In this document: piece after piece, positions 35,709 to 45,991 of the stretch
Layout: the number at the start of each line of letters is the position of its first letter
Numbering within the stretch: position 1 is the stretch's first letter
Assembly: GCA_029953675.1 (NCBI GenBank)
Contig: JAMWBK010000012.1
Coordinates: forward strand, 744,001 to 808,000
DNA: 64,000 nt
Direction: 5' to 3'
From: Rhodosorus marinus CCMP1338
Taxonomy: Eukaryota > Plantae > Rhodophyta
Notes under the pieces: generated by a model
The model's input: only the letters and a program-made list of their open reading frames with translations
Told to the model about the DNA's origin: nothing
Databases searched by the model: none
Made by a program: the position numbers and the translations under genes

Positions 35709-37174
35709 AGATTCATACATTATATGCAATGAAAAGGCCGTACCGATAAATCGTACGGCCTATGAGAACCTTAGTGGGACCGAAACCGAATCCATGAAAC
35801 CAACACTGTTGGTCTGGTGGAAAGCCATGAAATGTTTCTACAGACTGCGGCGATAAAGAGCGCTAGGACAAGCAGAGTTTGTAAGGAACCCTCCCCGACG
35901 GGGGGGTGGTCAACCAGTTTCTACGGGAAAACAACTGTTTGGAGAGACCAATCGCACCATGAAAACCGAAACTTGGAACTTCCAAGGGTATCCAAAGCGA
36001 TGCGGCCCCGTTTTCCGCCGGGTAGCACAAATCCGCAGCGTTCGTGGCTCCTTTGTTGGACGTCTCAGGGTGGCCACCTCTCACTTCACAGAGCACCCCC
36101 TCAGCCCTTCAGATAACGACAAAAGTGGGGGGATTTACTGAGGAACATCAAGGTCCAAACATGCGAATACCGTAGTAGCTATCTTCACAGGCCTCAGACC
36201 ACCTTCCTGCATAGCAGTTGCCATGCCGTCTGGGGTTCAGGAGGTGACAACAACGCGTAGTCGCCCAACATGGCCGTTTTTTGAAAATACCTTCTGCGCA
36301 AATAAAAGCCTGCATGAATTGTTTCCTTGAGAAAAACAAGCCAAAATGACAAAAACAGAGTCTAAACACAAACAACAAAAGCTAAAAAATAGAATAAACA
36401 TTTTTAGTCTATGATTTTACCAGATCTTGGAATGTCTTTGATTGAAAATACCCAAACAACTCAATTATGGTAAATTTTAGTCCAAATTTTGATTGACGCT
36501 AGTATGGAATCAAGTAGTTGGATATTGTTTATTGGAAATAATATTGGAAACAAAAAGGACCTTTCTGGGCGTTAAAAAGGACATGGTGAATAGGCTTTTT
36601 CCATAATTATTTCGAGGGTTATATTTTTCGTTCAAATTTCAATAATTCTAGTGGATAAAAAAAAGTAAAATTTATCATATAGAGAAAATCCTACTTAGAT
36701 TTTTTCATTTTTCGCTACACATTTAATATTATATTAGCTTTTCAATTTCTGGAGGGGGCAGCCGGTTGAGGCTCGGGAAAGGTGGCAGAGAGAGAGAGAG
36801 AGAGATACATATATATAAAGAGGATGTAAAGACCAACGGCAGATGGAGATGGAGGATCGGCAGGCCGTACTGGAGGATATTTCAGGGACGGAGGAGAGCT
36901 ATCAAATGGAGAGCAGGGCGGGCTAGATTCTTTTAGTTGAGCTATGTGGTGAGAAGATATAGATAGGTTGCAAAGCGGGAACATTTAGTGGGGACATGGG
37001 CAAGGGTTTACTTGGTAGCTTCCGACTCTGTTAGTGAATGTAACGATTGGATTAAGAAAGATTGTAACTGGTTATGAGATTGAACTCGTCAAGTTTAGAA
37101 AGCAGAGTACCACCGCAGCGAAGAACTAGAGCAAGGGTGTAGTGGCGTTTGTTTCCTCTTCGCTTTTGGTCGAG

Positions 37175-39193
37175 ATGAAGGGGTTCGTGTTTTTTTCAGC
37201 GACTGTTTTGCTTTTGCTTGCGTGGGAGGGTTTTGGTGTCCATGGGAAAGTGATGGACTATATGGTTTCTTTCCAGGCGAACCTTCCGGGCTTCAGTTTG
37301 CAGGCTTTTAAGGAATTGCCGGATGGGAACTTTGCATTCGTTGTTAAGCCACGGGATGATCCCAAAACTTGCATGTACCGTCGACTCGACAGAAATACTG
37401 GGGTTTTGTCAAAGGCTGTTTTGTTAGAAGGTGGATGCGAATACGTTGCGTGGGCTGAAGATGGCAGTTTCGCGACGAAAGCCTACCCTTGCGATTTTGG
37501 CCGAAGCTGTCCTCCTGGATACAAGTTCGCAGACGTGTATCCGTGGAAAGCTGACGAGCTCGACTATTTCATAGCAGACTATGTCAGAAAGTACGATTCA
37601 AGAGGACAACTGCTCTGGAGGGCTCCATTCGCCATCCATGAAGACGAATACGTTCCAGGGAACCTCGCCGTTTTTAGTGATGGATCGGTTGTTGCAGACA
37701 ACGACTTCCCGGTCAAATACAGTGCTAGCGGGAAGGTCCTGTGGGAGGCCGAAGACGTCATTCCAAAAAATTACGGAATCAAGCGCGGTGGTGGAATCGT
37801 TGAGGTGGAAAACGGAAACGTCCTCGTAACAACTAATGACTATTACAGTGCAGTAGCCGTCCACAAGGTGACGCCGAGCGGGAGGAAGTTGTGGACCAAA
37901 GTTTTGCAGAGAGGTTGTAGGGCAGATGAGAGACTAAGTCCGGTTGTATCTTCGGGCGGCAATTACTACGCTGGATGCACAACAGGATATTCCCCGTCTT
38001 ATGGCGATAAGATAGACCAGGGCGACTACAGAGTCTACAAGCTGAGTCCGAAATCAAAACTACTGTGGACCAAGACTGTGAAGGCCCCTGGGGATGAGCA
38101 ATTGTACCATCTTATACCGGAGGATGATGGTGGCGTGCTTCTCATCGGTCGCTCTGGTTCTTCGAAAGGGCAGGACAAGATGGCAGAGCACGAAGGGCAA
38201 TGGTTTGTTAAGCTCGACGCTCGTGGAAACGTTGAATGGGATTTCGTGCCAACGGATAAAGGTGCAAGTGAAACATGGGCGAAAAGCAGCCGTGGGTACC
38301 TGTCCCATGGAGGACCCGCGAGCGGATTTGTGGAGCTCGTAATCAATCAGCCCCTGGCGTCGAAGGATCTTCCGTCTGGCTCTGTGATTGCGATCAAATC
38401 TGAGGAGAACAATCGATACATACGGCTCTCCAACAAGATCTATGCTGACGCAAAGGCAGTTACCTTTTCTGGCGAATGGATGATCTTAAAAGACAAGCAG
38501 GAAGATTCTTCGTTTGCCCTCCGATCGCTGGGAAACGGCAAGGTAGCATCGCTCAGCGAAGTGAAACCATCAAAGGTTGTTCTCAAAGCTATTACCGCAG
38601 CAGTTGATCCGCGGTCCAAGCGGCACCGTTTTGAAATCAGGAATCTCGGGCGTGGATCAGTTGCGTTTCTATCCGATTCCCGAAACTACGGGTACCTGAG
38701 ACCAGCCTTGACAGATGGGAGAGTTTTGGCTAAGCCTTCTAAACAGTCAGATAGGAAGATGCGGATCACAAGGATACATTCAGGGCACCCACTCATCGGA
38801 AGCGAAATTGTGCTTCGTATGAACTCGAAGAACGTCCTTATCGAGTCTAGTCCAAGCGGAAAGATCACAGCAACAAGGACCTTCTTGGGCAAGGACAGGG
38901 ATCCGTTTGTTTTCAAAGTCGCTGCTACAGACTCCCCCCGCGGCTTTATTCAGCTGAAGTCGAAGGCTTCTGGAAAGTGGCTGGTTGTATCTAGCGCTCA
39001 AAGAGTCAACGCGATTGGAGCCAAGTCTTCGCCCAACTCCATGTTCTACCCGATAATCTCCAGAGAGGGCTACATCAAGCTTGCACGGCGTGGGCTTGAC
39101 TGCCTTTGGGTTAAGGGCAAGGGTGGACTCTACGCCGGCGGCAAACTGTCAAAGACGAGCTGTGAGATTCTCTTTGCCCCGATCAAACCATAA
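37175..39193 (+). CDS. Secreted 672-aa protein: beta-propeller-like repeats followed by two fascin-like beta-trefoil domains; intronless
   Basis: Signal peptide MKGFVFFSATVLLLLAWEGFG; repeats KYDSRGQLLW, KYSASGKVLW, KVTPSGRKLWTK, KLSPKSKLLWTK, KLDARGNVEW; fascin-like IAIKSEENNRYI, FALRSLGNGK, FIQLKSKASGKWL. Confidence 0.85.
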   Translation: MKGFVFFSATVLLLLAWEGFGVHGKVMDYMVSFQANLPGFSLQAFKELPDGNFAFVVKPRDDPKTCMYRRLDRNTGVLSKAVLLEGGCEYVAWAEDGSFATKAYPCDFGRSCPPGYKFADVYPWKADELDYFIADYVRKYDSRGQLLWRAPFAIHEDEYVPGNLAVFSDGSVVADNDFPVKYSASGKVLWEAEDVIPKNYGIKRGGGIVEVENGNVLVTTNDYYSAVAVHKVTPSGRKLWTKVLQRGCRADERLSPVVSSGGNYYAGCTTGYSPSYGDKIDQGDYRVYKLSPKSKLLWTKTVKAPGDEQLYHLIPEDDGGVLLIGRSGSSKGQDKMAEHEGQWFVKLDARGNVEWDFVPTDKGASETWAKSSRGYLSHGGPASGFVELVINQPLASKDLPSGSVIAIKSEENNRYIRLSNKIYADAKAVTFSGEWMILKDKQEDSSFALRSLGNGKVASLSEVKPSKVVLKAITAAVDPRSKRHRFEIRNLGRGSVAFLSDSRNYGYLRPALTDGRVLAKPSKQSDRKMRITRIHSGHPLIGSEIVLRMNSKNVLIESSPSGKITATRTFLGKDRDPFVFKVAATDSPRGFIQLKSKASGKWLVVSSAQRVNAIGAKSSPNSMFYPIISREGYIKLARRGLDCLWVKGKGGLYAGGKLSKTSCEILFAPIKP

Positions 39194-39699
39194 CTAGAGC
39201 CAAGCTTTGTGACTATTCGGCCAGTCCCAGCAAGCCGGGTATTGGCGTTTCGCTTGACCGTATCTTCGTAGTACGGTAAAGATCAAACTTAAGAGCCAGA
39301 GCAATAGACACACAGTTGCTTTCTGTACATCTCGACTCCAGCACGAAGAAAACCACTTATCTGTCCAGTTTCTGTCGTGTAGCAGGGTGCTGAAGAACCA
39401 GCAGAGCTCCCACCGCAGAGGTACAGCGTGTCAAGGAAAGGGCTTCGGTCACTCCGCGGTCCGACACGCGATCGCCTTACATCTCTGTGAGTCAGTGTAT
39501 AGTTGAGACCCCTACGTAGGGGGCTTGAGTAAGTTCAGCACGTACTACGAGTGCAAGTGGTGCGCTTCTGTAGATGTCCAATAAAGGCTGCTTTTGCTTT
39601 CTGAGCTTCAGTGTGTCTCTGCCTTTGCTTGCACTCTTCACAGGCTAGAGCTTTGTTTCTACTACTGCGAGACCCTGTTGCGCAAAAGAAGCGCTAAAC

Positions 39700-40345
39700 A
39701 ATGGCAGGGGATGGAGAGACCCAATAATATTTGTCCATTGTTCGAGTGTCTTAAGTACTTCCTTCCCTTCCGTGCCAGAAGATTATCAACCACAAGGCGA
39801 TGTGGAGGGATGGGATCGAAGGTGTCAACCTGTTCTGTTACAGCTTTGTCAATACTTGGTTGTGGTCTTCAAGTGTTCAGCAGATAATTCGAGCGTCTGT
39901 CGTTCTATCTTTTATACTCAGATAATTAATTTCGAAACTGGGTATACCGTACTTGTATCGCTTCAAAACACACTTGGTCAAGCCGTTTCTGAATTCGTTG
40001 ACAAATGCTATCAGTCTCGGTTTGGAAAGCTTAGTGCTCAAGGTTCCAAGCCAGGCCGCGAACGCCCTGACCACGTCTGTCCGTTGTTTACACGTTTAAG
40101 TTTGTTGCTGTGGCATATGAATAGGGTTGTGCCAAGCGGGTCGGGTTTTTCGCTGTTTACAACCCAGAAGTGGTTAAACTCGCGAAAACAGGAGGGTTTA
40201 AGGGGGGGTGGGCGGTGGGTCGTTTACGACCCACCGCCTCATTTTGCACAACCATAATATGAACGCTGCTTTGATGTTGGAGGCGTGCGATCTTCGCCGC
40301 GCTTGGTCTGTTTTTTTCCCCTCGGGGTTTTTTCGTCAGTCCCAA
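39700..40345 (+). mobile_element. Decayed RLE-LINE 3' fragments
   Basis: ERPNNICPLFECL; INFETGY...LGQAVSEFVDK...RERPDHVCPLFTRLSLLLWHMN; ends in the shared 3' tail at 40258-40339. Confidence 0.7.
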
Positions 40346-40585
40346 AGGCAATGGGCATGAATTAAGACCATGAAGGTGACAAGAAGTAGACCAGACTATT
40401 GCAGGTTTGTATTCTTGCAAATGAATCTAAACCCCTGAGAGGAGTGTCGTGCAACCCTCAGGGTTTGGCTCCGTTTGTCTAAGTGGATATTGCAAAGCTA
40501 ACATTTACCTTGGGGTTCACACTGACTCTGCGAAGGATAGATGTTAGTCGGGTATTTTGTCCCGTAGAAAGAATTGAATGAGCGT

Positions 40586-41340
40586 GTTTAATCTGAGCTG
40601 AAAGAGAAAAACCCCGAGGGAAAAAAAGACTATGGGCGGCGAAGATCGCGAGCCTCGAACATCACAGCAGAGTTCATACGCCACAGCAAGAAACTTAAAC
40701 GGGTAAACAACGGCGACAAACGGTCAGGGCGTTCGCGGAACACTTCCCGAAGCCAAACGAGACCAACGGAATTCAGAAACCCAAAGCACGCAATGACCAG
40801 AGGGACCAGGCGATGAGCTAGAGCCGAAGCACAAAGCCCCGAGGAAGACAAAGGCGCCCGCAGATTTCAAGTCTTTCTGCGACGTCTCATACTGGCAGCG
40901 GGCAAATCCACGGGGCTCTCGCGCACCGGAAAATAACGACTGAGGATTAGGAACAGCAAGATCAACGTACGTCGTCCGGCGGCTATCGTCATAGGTGACC
41001 CCGAGGTCAGCCACGAGGCGTTCATCATTTTGGTAGTCTGCGACAGTCCAGAGGGCCTTGACTTGGGTTAATGTTATTGGCAACTAGTAATAGCCGCTAG
41101 TAGATGGATTTGAAGCGCGCTGAAGGATCCCATTGGAGTTCCTTAGAAGTAGCTGTTCCCATGTTAGAATCAAGCTGAAGACTATATTAGACGGCTGAAG
41201 GCCGACCTTGGGAAGGTAGAAGAGGAATAAAGTATCGAATTCTGGTTACAAGTGATATCAGACTTGATTAGGTTTGCTCAGAGGCCTTTAGGAGTCTTTC
41301 GGGAAGTGGAGGGCGAAAATTGGTGAGATCCCTTTATATG
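40586..41340 (-). mobile_element. RLE-type non-LTR retrotransposon, 5'-truncated 3' portion with endonuclease domain
   Basis: RLVADLGVTYDDSRRTTYVDLAVPNP...YETSQK (PD..D..K-like) and FRERPDRLSPLFTRLSFLLWRMNSAVMFEARDLRRP*, then the shared tail. Confidence 0.75.
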
Positions 41341-41350
41341 GTCTTTTCGC

Positions 41351-41880
41351 TGAGCCAACCGCGTGCAGGACCATTACAGAGACACGAGAAGATGCATCCG
41401 TTGCCTGCCGGGAACTTGTTCCACCGGTGCCATCTGGAGTTTATTGGACGATTACCCGACGGCTAGAAGTTTTGGGAATAGGGGGATACTGGTGGCCGTC
41501 TAGTCGGTGTCGAGATGGTCGGTAGTGCGGGTGATGAAAGAAGGGTACGGTTGAAAATGTGGCGAGGTTCTTCTATGAGGAGACGCAGTACGGTGCTCCG
41601 GAAGTAATGCGGACGGATTGAGGTCAGAATTTCATGGCACAAGTGCTACGTGAGTACGTACAGCTCTCACCGACAAAACAGGTGTTCACATCCCCATATG
41701 AGCCGCGGACGAAATCCGGGAGTGGAGCGCTGGAATCGGACGTTCTAGGAGGTGTTGGTGAAATTAAGTCATGGCACGATCAACCGTTGGGACCGGCACG
41801 TACATCAGGCCAACTTCGCCATGGGAGTGCGAGCGTCACGACTCAAAGGGATGACCCCGTTTCAAATCTTGTAGGGAGAA
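41351..41880 (+). mobile_element. Ty3/Gypsy integrase relic, plus-strand copy
   Basis: QPRAGPLQRHEKM..LFHRCHLEFIGRLP; SGVERWNRT..EVLVKL...VHQANFAM..MTPFQIL; stops and frameshifts. Confidence 0.8.
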
Positions 41881-41919
41881 CGTCTAGGACCGTCTGCTCG
41901 TTCACGAAATACTGCCACT

Positions 41920-42950
41920 TCGTTCACCGGATCAAACAAAAGCGGCGCTTGATCCACCCCCAGTATGCGCGGCCGTACAGAATTTGGAACGGAGTCTCCG
42001 TCATCCCCGTGACGCGCGACGCTCGCACTCTCATGGCGAAGTTCGCCTGATGTACGTACCAGCCCCAAAGGTTGACCGCGCCATGAGTCAATCTCACCAA
42101 CACCTCCTGAAGCGTCCGATTCCAGCGCTCCACTGCGGAGTTTATCCGGGGGTGATATGCGGATGTCAACACCTGTTTTGTCTTGAAGGGTACTCACCCA
42201 CGACTTGCGCCATGAAATTCTGACCTCGATCCGTCAGAATTGCTTCCGGAGCACTGTAATATGTCACGCTCTCCTCATAGATGATGCGGCAATGTTAGAC
42301 TCTACGCTTCGAGATTCGGCATTGTCCTATCAGTTTGTTCCACTCCATCATCGAGTGCTTTGGTTTAGTTGATAGTGTAGGTTCTCGTTGGTTGCGTGGG
42401 CTCTTTCGGAGCAACCCAGAGCGTCTTGATAGCCTCCTCACGGAGCCGTCCATGACGTTCTGGTGTTCCAACGCTGCTTTATTGTTGGACGCGCGTTGTC
42501 AGCGTCTTGTTTATCGACTATCAGGGTAGTTACGCTCTGATAGACGGATGATGATGATGGTAAACCTCGCCACATTTTCAGCCGTACCCTTCTTTCAACA
42601 CCCACACTACCGACCATCTCGACAACGACTCCACGGCCACCAGTATCCACCTATTCCCAAAACTTCTAGCCGCGGGTAATCGTCCAATAGAACCCAGGCA
42701 CCACCGTTGGAACAGGTTCACCGAAGGCCACGGATCCATCTTCGCGTGTCTCTGTAATGGTGGTGCACGCGGTTGGTTCACCTGGCAGTGCCTCGCGGCG
42801 TGGAGAACACTTTGGCGCAGTGTGTGCCACCAAAACCGCTGCCGCAACCGGTTATACAACGGTTTCGCCGGCTACACGCCTGAGGGTGTGGTGAACGTTG
42901 CTGATCACATCCAACCGCTCTTTCGGTGGCACCCAGGTCACGCGTCGACC
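41920..42950 (-). mobile_element. Ty3/Gypsy integrase relic, minus-strand copy with a ~280-bp insertion (~42281-42561)
   Basis: VPPKERLDVISNVH, YNRLRQRFWW, GNRWILVAVESLSRW, TSAYHPRINSAVERWNRTLQEVL, TPFQILYGR. Confidence 0.85.
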
Positions 42951-42954
42951 AATT

Positions 42955-43315
42955 TGAATCACGCTGAGGGATTCATTGGAGTTACTTAGAAGCAGCTGTG
43001 ACTATGTTAGAACGACGATCGTCGCCCTTGACTTGGGTGAATTTTTAGTGGCTATTAGCAATAGCCTTTACTAGATTCGAATCGCGCTGAAGGATACATT
43101 GGAGTTACTTAAGAGTAGCTGTGAGTATGTTAGAATCGCACGGAACACGGAAGACTATATGAGATATCCCTAGGCCCAAGTTGGGAAGGTAGAAGAAGAG
43201 TAAAGTAACGAATTCTGGGTACAAGTGATATCAGGCTTGGCTAGGTTTGTTCAGTCGGTCTTGCCTTTGGGAGTCTTTCGGGAAGTGTTGGGCAAAATTT
43301 TGTGAGACTCCTCTA
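42955..43315 (-). mobile_element. Second copy of the LINE segment at 41075-41340, with a partial internal duplication
   Basis: Direct similarity, e.g. TTGGGAAGGTAGAAGA..TAAAGTA.CGAATTCTGG.TACAAGTGATATCAG in both copies. Confidence 0.75.
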
Positions 43316-43500
43316 AATTTCGTAAGTTATTTTTATTTTTAACGGAAATGCGGTAAGAAATTCCAATTACCTACCGATGGGACAACAATGTTAGAAACCG
43401 GGGATCCGCGAGCAGACTGTCCGGCAAAGGGTGCTACCCGAAGTCCGAGTAGTGATAGTGGTGGTTTTACTAACATATCCTTAGGCGGCACGTAGGGTGT

Positions 43501-43718
43501 AATGCGAACTGGAGACCGTTTACTTCAAGCTACTGATATGTAGGGCTGGAGGTCCGCAAGAAATGTAAATTGAGCTAGGCTAAGGAGACCCAAGGGCGGG
43601 TATGATACTAATGCGAACTGGAGACCATTTACTTCAAGCTACTGATATGTAGGGCTGGAGGTCCGCAAGAAATGTAAATTGAGCTAGGCTAAGGAGACCC
43701 AAGGGCGGGTATGATACT
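43501..43718. repeat. Near-perfect 109-bp tandem duplication (43501-43609, 43610-43718)
   Basis: One mismatch seen (CCGTTT vs CCATTT). Confidence 0.95.
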
Positions 43719-44339
43719 ACGTGGTCATCGACCAGCCAAGTTAGTTGAAAGAGTTCTGGCGGGGCTCTCGAGAGAAGATCCCGTTGGACAGAAAATCGTT
43801 TATAGAAAAGTCGGGGCGTCTTCCAATAAAGTCGCACAATTGGATGGTGCAGGAGTACGGGGTCATTGCATATCAGACAGCGATGGTAGGCGGCGAATCG
43901 GGGTGACATTCCAGGTTGGCTAAAACGACAGAATGAGTACGCTTTTATCCCGCTCGGCGTCGAACTCTTTGGGTTTATTGACAGTGCTTCAGCCTTCTGG
44001 CTGAGTGAATGATTTGAGGATCAACTTGATCAATTCTCATGCTTCCGATCTCTTCTTATTTTACTCGGAGCACAGTCGCCCTCATCCTTGATGCTCGTTC
44101 CTTAGGTCGAGCGTAGTTCTCCCTTCTCGAAAGGAGTTTTGAACGGCTGACCTCCCCTGCCTGGGTTTCCTGCAGGAGCCCTGCTCCTAGAGGATCTTCG
44201 AGGACAGTACGCTCATTGAACCTTTTATAAGAGCATCTCCGATTCCAGCTAGAGGTGAACAAGGCAGAGTATATGCCGTTATGCAAAGACAGACCGGTCT
44301 AACTTGAACAAAAAGGTCCCTGAATGAAAGTACTCTCGG

Positions 44340-44620
44340 AATGGCACGGAGAGCGCGCCTCCAGAACTGACGCTGCACCGTAGCGCCAGAAATTCAACCT
44401 CAAACAAGCGTACAGTTGAGAAAGAGCATCAAGCCGGTCACGGCAAAACTCCGGCAAAACCGATCACCCCCCGCGGAAGACCTCAATAACCCCAGAGGAC
44501 AAAATCAATGAGCAAGGGCAGACTTCAAAAGCCTCAGCGTTGGTAGGCGCCTCCACATACAACCCCAGATTCCTTATACCAACCGCATCCCCTAAGGGAC
44601 GGGAGCAGCCTCACCCTCTT
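44340..44620 (-). mobile_element. Older RLE-LINE C-terminal relic
   Basis: FCRDRLDALSQLYACLRLNFWRYGAASVLEAR aligns with FRERPDRLSPLFTRLSFLLWRMNSAVMFEAR. Confidence 0.55.
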
Positions 44621-45559
44621 CCAGAGCAATGAGTCATCCACCATCGCCATCGGTTCGCCGATTGGGACCGAAATTCCCGAAAATTGGAAAAAAGTTAGCT
44701 TGCAACAAGTTTTAAAATATATTTAAAGGTTATATAATATAATTAAAACTTATTGTCATTTAACATTCATTTTTAAAATTATTTATATCAGATTTTAATA
44801 ACATCTAATAGGTAATTATTATTACTATTAAATGTAAGCGAGATATACATTTGGAATTTGTTTATTTTATAAAATTGGGTCCGTGCGCACAGCGATCGTA
44901 AAATAAATAACGCTTTCCGATCTGATGAGAAATTTTACAGTAATTTATGTCCTGTTTAGTAGTGTATATATGCGTTTATATAGATTTAAAAAACAATATA
45001 TGGATGGTATAATCAATATAGCGGAAAAGGTATAGATTAGCCCTTCCGATTACATCGTTTATTACAGTGTAAAACTGAAACTTACGTTTTTATGAATAAT
45101 TAGGATCAATATATACGTTACATTTCCTTACACAGAGTCCGATGTTCATTTTCCGTTTATACAATAATACTTAGTGTTGATTTCATATACTTATTGAAAA
45201 AAAGTAAACAGATTCAGAAAATATATAGATCGTATTCTGTACGGCGGCAAAAACGTATCTCTCTATCGCTCCAGTCGTTTGTCCCGGTTCACCTTGGCCT
45301 GAGTGAGATCCCGAGGATGAGTCCAGCGATGTATCTAACCTGCGCTTGGATGGCAGGGTGTGGCTATTGGGGGAAGAGCATAGTGGTACCTGAAGTCCTG
45401 ACAAAGGTATATATCTCATCTCCCCTCATACATACAGAGAAATAAAAGCACAGCGAAGAAGAATGATCGTTCTCCCGGGACGCCGCTCAGCGCGACCCCC
45501 CCCAAACAAACCACTTTACTAAAAACGAGGCCGAGGTCGTGTGCGGGGTCCTAGACCTC

Positions 45560-45720
45560 CCGTCTCCAAGCCTGCTTATCACAGACTTTGGAGTTGTTCA
45601 TTATTTTGGCCTCCAAGTCAAGCTTTATTGGTGTTCAATCATCACCTCAGTCCCCCTACTAACGTCCTTGCTGCAGGGCGCCAACTCTTGCCCTCTTTCC
45701 AAACTCCCGACGCATCGGAT
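45560..45720 (-). mobile_element. Possible Ty3/Gypsy RNase H relic
   Basis: LSSDASGVWKEGKSWRPAARTL resembles TDAS...G..RP.AF.SR.L. Confidence 0.3.
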
Positions 45721-45991
45721 GATAGACTAGTCAACCCCTTTGTCGTGTCGGGAAAAACAATGAAAAATTGGATTATTATTATTATTAAAAGAATATTAGG
45801 GACTTGGATAAGAGGGGTTGAGAATTGAAACAAAAAGGGATCCATGCCATCGGATGGAGAGAATATCTGGGAGGGTATAAAGGGGTATATGGGGAATGGC
45901 GGGGGGAGTGGGGAGGGAGGAGAGGGTGGGAGGAGCAGGAGGAGGTGTCTGTAAGCTGCTGTTGCTGGAGGGGACTGGTTTAGAGAAAGCC

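Noticed and set aside
35735-35761. Perfect 9-bp hairpin AGGCCGTAC-N9-GTACGGCCT
   Set aside because: Single short inverted repeat, expected by chance at this scale.
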